Below, piece by piece: positions 54,786-64,000 of a stretch of DNA of 64,000 bases. The translations under genes were made by a program, and so were the position numbers. The stretch is from the NCBI GenBank assembly GCA_012295275.1, contig CM022676.1, positions 14,074,001 to 14,138,000 on the forward strand, given 5' to 3'. The DNA comes from Chrysomallon squamiferum (Eukaryota > Animalia > Mollusca). How positions within the stretch are numbered: position 1 is the stretch's first letter; each line of letters opens with the position of its first letter. The notes beneath the pieces were generated by a model, which made no database searches, was not told the origin of the DNA, and saw only the letters and a program-made list of their open reading frames with translations.

Positions 54786-54985
54786 NNNNNNNNNNNNNNN
54801 NNNNNNNNNNNNNNNNNNNNNNNNNNNNNNNNNNNNNNNNNNNNNNNNNNNNNNNNNNNNNNNNNNNNNNNNNNNNNNNNNNNNNNNNNNNNNNNNNNNN
54901 NNNNNNNNNNNNNNNNNNNNNNNNNNNNNNNNNNNNNNNNNNNNNNNNNNNNNNNNNNNNNNNNNNNNNNNNNNNNNNNNNNNNN
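54786..54985. other. Assembly gap (200 N)
   Basis: Run of exactly 200 N, typical of a fixed-size scaffolding gap. Confidence 0.99.
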
Positions 54986-55823
54986 CATTATGAACGTATC
55001 TTGCATAGGCCATTAACAGAGCTTCACTATCTCTTACAGTTGATTCGTCCAACTGTATTGAAAAGTTTGAATATTTTAATTTTTCAACAAGTTGTACTTC
55101 TACATCACAACTCATTTCATCAATCCTGCTACTAACAGTATTATTACTGAGCGGCATGCTTTTGAGATCTTGGTCATCGTTTTCAAGAACTACTTTCAGA
55201 AAAGTTGATATTGCGGGCTTAATTAAATTCTCCCCTATTGTATGATTTTTGCCACATTTTGCTATGAGAAGAGAAATTTCATAACTAGCCTCAAGACCAC
55301 GATCCTTGATTGCACTTCTTGCAGAGAACAATGAATTTATTGTTGATCTTTTTCCAAACTTCTCCTTTAGGGATTTAAAATACCCCAGTTTTCAATTAAC
55401 ATGAATACTGTGTTTTGCCTTCAAATGATTTTCGAGACGACCTCTCTTCATGGATTCATTAGTCGAACATTGGTGGCACAACAGACAAAAAGGCAGTAGT
55501 TAGTTTCCTCTGCTATTTTAGCTTCAGTGTGAGTGTTGAACAGCTGATTAAAACTCAACTTCTTAAACAAGTCAGAAGCTACGCATATAGCTGGTGCCAG
55601 ATGCACGATAACATTAGTGGGTGAACACTTGACTAGATTGCACAAGCTGTTGTGCTCACCTAGGTTGTAATTACAATTTTACCCTACAAAATTATAATTT
55701 GTACCCATATAGGGTTAAATAAAATAGAAATGTTGATATTACTATATTTTTCATATTGCCCCCCCCCCTATTATTATTGAATTGCCTCCCAGTGGGGCAT
55801 AGGCCCCACGTTGGGAAACACTG
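54986..55823 (-). mobile_element. hAT transposon (Buster/Charlie group), 5-prime portion, defective
   Basis: ASYEISLLIAKCGKNHTIGENLIKPA...PLSNNTVSSRIDEM...FSIQLDEST; BED-finger remnant C..C...NESMK..RL..HL..KH with a stop; TIR CAGTGTTTCCCAACGTGGGG ending at 55823; flanking CTATAGAG fits the NNNTANNN target. Confidence 0.92.
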
Positions 55824-56193
55824 CTATAGAGCATTTATGGGACGAGTTGGATAGACGACTAAGGCAGCATCAACCACAGCCACAGAATCGTGCTCAGTTG
55901 GCATTATTACTACAGACAGAGTGGGCAACCATTACACAAGGTGTAATTCGTAATGTCATTACTGCTATGGGAAGGAGATATCAGGCAGTTCTGGACTCCC
56001 ATGGTGGGCACACAAGGTATTGATATTACACTGTTATAACATTGAACTTTAACCTTTACAATGTAATACCATCAATATTAATGAATTGGGAAAGTGTGTA
56101 AAATGTGAACATTCTGCTGCTTTCCGTTGATCCATTAGATAGATATTTCCAATTTCAATAAAATCTACTTTTGCGTTTTTTTTTGGGAGAGTA
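55824..56193 (+). mobile_element. Tc1-family transposon 3-prime portion
   Basis: IEHLWDELDRRLR...PQN..QL...LQTEW..I....IRNVI.AM.RR.QAVL...GGHTRY*, then AATAAA and a TIR-like end TTGCGTTTTTTTTTGGGAGAGTA. Confidence 0.88.
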
Positions 56194-58152
56194 TCTATAT
56201 ATGCTCACAATGTAGACACATGTAAATAATTTCATATTTTTACTGTTTATTTCAGCACTTATAAGCAGACGCTGTATTAACAGTGAATTTAACAAATTAT
56301 TTCTATAACGACAATAAACATAAACTCGATACCAACAACCGAATTACTTCAAATAAACAAAAGAAAAAGGAAATAGAAACTAATACAAGTACATGACAGA
56401 ATGTTATTATTATTACATTTTTTTATGTGAACGTTCCAAACACCGGAACGACTACTAAAATTTCATTACAATACCTTTCCAAGTCAGGACGTACGCAATG
56501 TTTTTTTAATGTCAATATCAAAAAGACATCACACTATACTGCACTATTTGTCAGAAATCTAGCTCAAATATATCTTAAAACTATAATCAAACTAAGAAAA
56601 CTCAAATGGGTAAAACATAGTAGAATATAAAATATCATACGCTTTCAGTATGGGCGACTCGTTTTACTTCTGTTTTGTGCATACGTGGCTGACGTCTTTG
56701 TCGTCGTCAAGTGTCACTTTGTCAGGTTTGAATGTCAGATTAAAATAAACAAATCGTGCTAAGAGACATGTACACTCATCTTACACACATTTTCCCTCAA
56801 AGTAGATTATATTCATTTAATGTTGTCCTGTTTGATCGCAGTGTTTACATCTGTGTTATGAAATGCGTATAATAATAATAAAAATAATAATAATAATAAC
56901 TTTAAAAAAAAAGAAGGGAAAATAAGTAGAATTAGTAACTTCTAACTGGTTAACTAGTTTATTATTGATCAGTGAGATAAGATAGTTCTCAACAAATATA
57001 TAAATAAATGAATTAATAAAATAAAATAATATTTTATTTATGAAGAAAGCGTCTTTGAAATAATTGTTTACGTTATATCAACTTACTTAACACATTTCAG
57101 ACAGTAGTGTATAACAGTGTTACAATTCGTTACCTGATTAGTTATGTAGTTAACTAAGTGTTAGAAATAATTTAAATCTTACCAAAATATGAAATGCCTT
57201 CAAATGGCCGTCTAACTTAAGTCAAATACGTCGTTGTCTGTGAGTAGTTTTCTTGGAACTGTCAGCTTTCTGCTGTTGCCAGCAAAACCGTCTGTTCATA
57301 CAAAGGTGACTGAAATCAAATATCGTACACGTCAGTCCACAAGGGCAGGGTCGCTGTATTACGTGTTCTATTCAAATGTCAATATCAGTTTAATGTTCAG
57401 CTTTATACATATATATATATACACACACATATGTATAAGTAAATACTTCTCTGTTATAAAGGTACATGGATACTTATTAATTAGTGAATGTTGTAGCCAA
57501 GTTTGTCTACCAGTTCAAGAACTGATTTATGAAACATCTGTTTTCCGCTGTCTTTGACAATGTTTGTATAAAATATTGTATACTGCTTGTGAATAAGACA
57601 GCTCTAACTTGTTTAATAATTGCTATAAGAGAAATGTTAAGAAATGTTTTACAATATCAAAACGAATTATGTCGAACATTTATAGGACACACTGTTACAA
57701 CGTGTCGTTGGAGAGTGACCTTTTAGTTTATATAAAAAACAGAATACAACTACGACTACCTCTTTTTGATTTGTCAGTGAATGTAGAAAACTCGATGTTA
57801 TGTAAATAAATCATTCATGTTAAGAATAGAAGCTGTGGCGCGTATTCAGAGAGAGAGTTAAAACTTGTATTTTTACACTGCTCAGTTGTTCTGTTCATTC
57901 TACCTGACTGAACCACACGTCAGTCGAGAAACTCGTAGTTTTAACAGTTGTAGCGTTTATACATGAACAGAGTGTACAACAGAGACAAGTATTTCAATGT
58001 GTCTATCCGGCTGTTTGTATTAAAGCACATAAGACAATTTAATATAAATAAATAAATAAATTGTATTCTTCTCTTTGTATTTTCATTTTTTTCATTATTC
58101 CATTATTTCAGTGATGAAAAATAATAACAATAATAACAATAATAATATAACA

Positions 58153-58201
<49 letters not shown>

Positions 58202-58766
58202 AATAATAATAATAATAATAGAAATAGAAATAATAATACAAATATTTAACTTTTTGTTTCTTATAACGTTAAACACGGATATCATGGATAAATTGCATTT
58301 GTATGTATATGTAAATATACGCATGTGTTTACCTATGTATGAATATACACAAATATTAGCGTAGCAGCCAGTGGCATAAGAATGTTTACATCTCCTGCCT
58401 GTAAAATGTAACGTCTTATATGGTTGGTAATTCGGTCTGCCTAATTTGTTAAAAGTCGTTACTTCCCCTTTGAAGATGGACTAATTATCACCTCCGGAGC
58501 AATTGGTTTTATGAGCTTTCGTTTGGCAGAAAGATCTGGCGGCAGACATCTAGCGGCAAGGTTCAAACCGCTTTGACAGATAACTCGAGGGATTTTTGAA
58601 TTAGACAGATAACGTTTTGAATAAAACAACGGAGTTTTGTTTTCAATTTTATTTATTTTTTTCATATTTGTTTAGGGGAACTGTGGAACGATTCCAGTGG
58701 AACGGTCGCTGTCTACAGAACATTCAGTAAGTGTTCAGACTGGACCTGTGTAACTACTTACATATA

Positions 58767-58808
<42 letters not shown>

Positions 58809-59948
58809 TGTGTCAGTGTGTGCGTGTTTGTGTCAGTGTGTGTGTGTGTTTGCTCTTATCCTTGTATAACCGTTATGTGATTGTTGAGAGAAATTATTCA
58901 GCACTATACTTCTATAACGATTATACATGTGTGTACATATATGCATACATGGATCCTTATCGGACTAATTAAACTTATTGAAAAGAATATTGAGAAGAAA
59001 CTGATGGATGACACAAGCAATGAAAGTACATTTCAAATTTTAACAGAAAAGTCGTATTCAAGTTTATATCTTGTTTGCAAACGAAAAGCTAATAAAACTG
59101 AAATCCCTGTCTATTTTTTAGTAAAAAAATAAAAGTTAAAAGAAAAAGATAATTGCTGTTGCGACAGAAACTTTAAAAAAGGAAGCTAGAGCTTACTTAT
59201 GAAGAGTAAGGTTATGAACATTTGACCTCCAATGCTAAAAGTAATCACAAATTTGGATTTGGTAAGGAATTACCTTTCCATCAATTATAACAGACTGCTG
59301 TTTACTGAGATATGTCGGTCTGAAAACTGGTGGTTCAGCCCACTTTGGCCACAAATATCAAATTTGTATCACCTGTTAAAATGATTGAGAATAACATAGA
59401 TGGAAAATGAAGAGTTTACTGAAGTGTTTGTCGCTTTTGTAAAAGATATTTGATTATTCTATATTATATATCAGACGACATATAATTTCATCCTCGTTTC
59501 ATGAACTTATATAATGTATACTTCTATCTTATCTGCTGAAAATAATAACGGAACGTATATTTTCACAGAAGATCTATACCAATCAGTTATTTAAGACATA
59601 AATATATTGCATTTTCATTTCAGAGGTTTATCATGAATCAAATTCAGCCAAAAAAAAAAAAAAAAAAAACAAGACAAGAGTTGTTTTTGAATCAGATCAG
59701 TTTGACCTTCACTCTTATTTGATATTTTTAATAATTATATTTTTCAGGGGCACATATACACACATGTATAATCACAGAAATATATAGATATCTAAAGATA
59801 TATACATATCTATACACATATACATATATCTATACATATATACACATATATAAACATATACATACATATGTATGATCATAGAAATATATAGATATCTAAA
59901 GATATATGCATATCTATATATATATACATACATACATACATACATACA

Positions 59949-60093
<145 letters not shown>

Positions 60094-61840
60094 ATATATA
60101 TATATATATGTATACACATCTGCCGTCAATGGATTAAGTAAAGAAAACTGGCTACATTAACTTATTTAAATTTGTTTCATCTTGCATTATAATTATTTTA
60201 GAAGTGTAGCCCAGGCTACAACATACAGAAAACCCAGAGATATACTTCTATTTTCTATTTTTTTAAATATATATATATATTGTTTGTTTTAGTTTTTTTT
60301 TTTTTGCCTGTGTTTTTTTTAAATATTTTTTTATTGCTTTATAAGTCTGATTCAAACATGGTGTGTCAGAAGATTCATAGCATAGTCTGTACTAATTAGA
60401 GTGAAATACTATGACTATCAAATATTGTAATTAAAGTAAAAGGAAATAATGAAAATCAGAAGAATGAAAGAAAAGTAAGTATTATTTTTCCTTCATAATA
60501 ATTTGTTTTATCAAATTACTCTAATGTTTCTTCACATCTGAAGATTTACTGTTTTCCTGGTACACTTGGAACAGTTTAAAGACAACACTATTAAAATGAA
60601 ATAAACTGATATTTTGAAATAAAAACACTGACTAATTGGAGACAAAATACAAACTTTCTCTCTGTTTTACTCTAATGTCACTGAAACAAGTAAACTTAGA
60701 TATGAACACAAATACTAGTATCTTCTTGCTTTGACCAAGTTTAGAAGGCCAGTTCTCTCCCACTAAACTCTTGAGTCACACACCTTTAATCTAACTAATG
60801 ACATAAACACAAAATAGAGCACGTATGATTTCCAAGTTATTGCCGATATAGTTGATGTAATGAAAAATATAATTAGTTATCATAGGAGGAAAAAAAGAAA
60901 TAAGTGTTTCTTTAGTTATAAATAAATGAGAAAGAAAAAGAAAAGAAAAAAGGAAAAAAAGAGAAACAAGAAACCAACTTATTATTTTAAAAGTAATGTT
61001 TAATATAACGTTTCCTCGATGCATCAATCTATAACTACTGTTGTCTGCAGGCATCAGTTTGTCAAAAAATGACACTTTGGAGCACAAACAAATGCAAATT
61101 GCACTTTACACACAGACACACACACACACAAGGAGAAGGATTTTGGTTCATGTCAAGCTATTTATAATTCAGTGAAACATTAGTAATATTTTACTGGAGA
61201 TGAGATTGTTAAGAAAGCACTGGATACCTTTAACTTTGATACAGATATGCATATTTTTGTGTAAGGTTAAAAAAATAAAATAAAATAAAAACCTAGAATA
61301 TGCAAAACACAAAGCAAAAGGGATGGCTACAAATAAAGAATGTAAAAATAGTAGTTATAAATGTGTTGAATGGTTCCACTGAAGATGACTTCCCATTTGA
61401 CTTAAAATAAATTTCTCAAGAGATTATAATATGAGATCAAGTGGAAATTGTGAAATCAGTTATTAGGCTATATGATTACTGGGAGAGTTTGTTTCAAACC
61501 TAGCAGGAAATTACATGGGTACTGCCTGGGAACTCTCTGCAAAGGCACTGAGGCAGATATCCCCAACCTGGAAAATTTAAACAACATGCTGAATCTTCCT
61601 CCACTGAACTTGCAACTACATAAGCTGTACTAATATGATGCACAATATAAGCCATATAATAACAAAGGGCTAGTCACAAGTCAGTGATGTCAAATTAATA
61701 AAAGAAATTCACAATAAACTTCAAAGTGATCCCTTTGTTTATATTTTTGCTTCCTTGATTATTCAAGTTCACTGACAACAAATATAATAAATACATACAC
61801 TTTTTAAATTGTTCCTGTTTTCATTAAATATATTTCTTAC

Positions 61841-61999
61841 AAGCTGAAAAATTACTTTTTTTAGTGGACAATCCAGGTAATATTCCTCTTCTAAGTAAAA
61901 CAATCAGCATCACTACGACAACAATGACAGCCACAGAACCAACAGCTCCTTCTACAGCTGCACCAAGCAGAGCACTTGAACCACTCTGATCCTTTAAAG
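61841..61999 (-). pseudogene. TM exon of second IgSF (pseudo)gene, copy B
   Basis: Same splice sites as copy A; GSVAVIVVVVMLIVLLRR. Confidence 0.7.
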
Positions 62000-62175
62000 C
62001 TGTAATAGATAATAACATATATATATAATAACAGTTTGTTCTTTTAAATCTGTAGTAAATAAAAACAGATATAATAAAAAGATGTTTATTATAAAAGTAT
62101 AATAAAAACAATTTGAAACTTTTAATGCTTCTTCGCCTCTTGAGAAGGGAAAAAAAATAAGTATGAAATATCTCT

Positions 62176-62207
<32 letters not shown>

Positions 62208-62303
62208 CAACAACATTCTAACAAAAGGTTCTATCATAAAATCAGTTAACATAGCGAAGTAGATAATACAACAGATTAAAATATCTAATGTTAAATGTCT
62301 TAC

Positions 62304-62617
62304 ACGACACATCAAGTATTCCTGTGTTGGATGTTACAAGAGTTTGTCCAGGAATCCCTGCCTTGCAGTAAACACTGTGTCCATCATCTGACTCAGTCAG
62401 TGTGAGTGACAGATAACTCTTTCTTACAGTCAGGTCACCTGATGTGATATCTATGTTGGTGATTCCTGTGTTTATCTGTTGATTATTCTTGTACCAGTAA
62501 AGAGACGAGACTGGGTTGCTAGGTGACGTGACACGTCAAAGAGACAAAAACCTTCACTGACTTGTACTTTATCTTGCTGTGAACTGATGTTTAATAGTGT
62601 CACGTGTGTTACTTGTA
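62304..62617 (-). pseudogene. Frameshifted C2 Ig exon, copy B
   Basis: 314 nt; shares the copy A frameshift and has one additional base. Confidence 0.8.
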
Positions 62618-62820
62618 CTTTTGTAAATAAATAATAAAATTACTGTATCATACTTTTGTATTAAAATATTATTTATTGATTTATTTTTATTATAATTAAA
62701 AGATCGAAGTAAATATATTAATTATTAAGTAACTTCATAAACACATATCAGTAATTAATGCTCTCTTATTGTGAATATATTAAAATTACAAAAAAGTATC
62801 GACATTGAATGTTTACTTAC

Positions 62821-62993
62821 CTGGAAAGTGAGCAGTACAGATAAACTTGTTATAGACATCATTATTAAAAGACAGATGAATCAAGTGTATTGTAACATTA
62901 ACTTTTCCTTGTACAGTTAAATAATTCATAGTCTGTTTTAACTTGTGGACTTGTACAACCAGCACTGACTGTTGTAGTAACTGGTGTCAATGA
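62821..62993 (-). pseudogene. Ig-half exon, copy B, with an 11-nt deletion
   Basis: AGCCTGGCAAC present in copy A (about 48038-48048) is missing here. Confidence 0.5.
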
Positions 62994-64000
62994 CTTAGAG
63001 AGAAAGACAGCACAATTATAATTATTATTATTACTACCTTAACTAATATAATATCAAAAATAATTATTTTTTTTGTGTGTTCAAAGGTCAAAATCATTTA
63101 TTAAATTTTAAAATTGCACTCAATCAACAAGTATTTATTTATTTTTGTATCATTTTTGTGATGTAAAACAATCATTATAATATTTGAACAAATGAAATAA
63201 TTTCAGTTTATCTCCAAAAGTACATTTCAAAATGAAAATAATTTGTTATGCTTGAGACTTGGTTCAAAACATGATTCTACATACATAATAAATAAAAACA
63301 TAGTATCACCCAGACAGTACAAACTTCCTCTTTCAGTTATAGCCATTTCAGATGAAACTAGTAACTGAAAACTGGAGAACAATATGCATCATTTCGTAAG
63401 ATCGTTATCATTTTTGTTAGCTAATTATTATTATTATTATTATTGTTATATAACATTTATTAGCAGTATGCTTTAATCTCAGATACTTGAACAATATATT
63501 TATATATATCTTTTCACTCTAATTAATTTTTCATTCAAACGTATAGTTATGAATTTTCCAGTATTTAATATTTGACTATGTAAATAATCTATGGCAAATG
63601 AATGATTTTACCAAGTTTGGCAGATCAAAGGTAAAAGTTTGATGTGTTTTGCAGAATTATGAAATTAATCAGATGAATATCTACAACACATTGTTACAAA
63701 ATAAGCTTTATCTTACTTTTAAATGATAATTATGTCTATGCATATGTATGCTAGTATTGTACAAGTTATAAAATAATTCGTGGAACTGGGTGGGTATGTG
63801 TGTATTTTTGTTGACATATTTGTAAGTAATGTCACATAGAGTCAGGACATGTGGGACTTGAAGGTGTATCTGATAGAGAAAAAATATGTATGAATGTGTA
63901 ATATTAAACTCTGATATAATACTGTACTTTGTTAAGCAAAACCAAGTGGCTGAGTGATGCTATATATTAATATTAACAGTAATGCATGGATAAACTGTAT

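Noticed and set aside
54452-55331. Single long ORFs joining hAT and RT sequence
   Set aside because: Artefact of translating across the 200-N gap; the two sides are unrelated elements.

Overview
AT-rich, microsatellite-laden eukaryotic DNA with GT-AG introns. It looks invertebrate, probably mollusc-like (inference from Ig exon style and repeat content). A 200-N scaffold gap lies at 54786-54985. The window appears to be part of a birth-and-death immunoglobulin-superfamily (IgSF) receptor cluster. It holds: (i) a minus-strand type I membrane gene with 4 Ig exons, a stalk, a TM exon and an acidic tail, all joined in phase 1 (14642-20540, possible leader at 21882-22005); (ii) a dead Ig exon of similar type at 35166-35472; (iii) a nephrin-like C2 Ig/TM pseudogene present twice inside a near-identical >7.7 kb duplication (41385-49125 vs 56295-64000); and (iv) a plus-strand terminal exon with two YxxL motifs (513-595). 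TE remnants include MULE, L2/CR1-type LINE and a Buster-type hAT nested in a Tc1. There is also a truncated BTB fragment and many minisatellites. Two structures are the most unusual. One is an 80-bp tandem array that multiplies the Ig2 splice acceptor, where each unit parses as a 39-nt in-frame micro-exon plus a 41-nt GT-AG mini-intron. The other is a head-to-head palindrome carrying two tRNA-like Pol III heads, YY1-type motifs and minisatellite tails. All exon calls are by eye and untested against RNA data.
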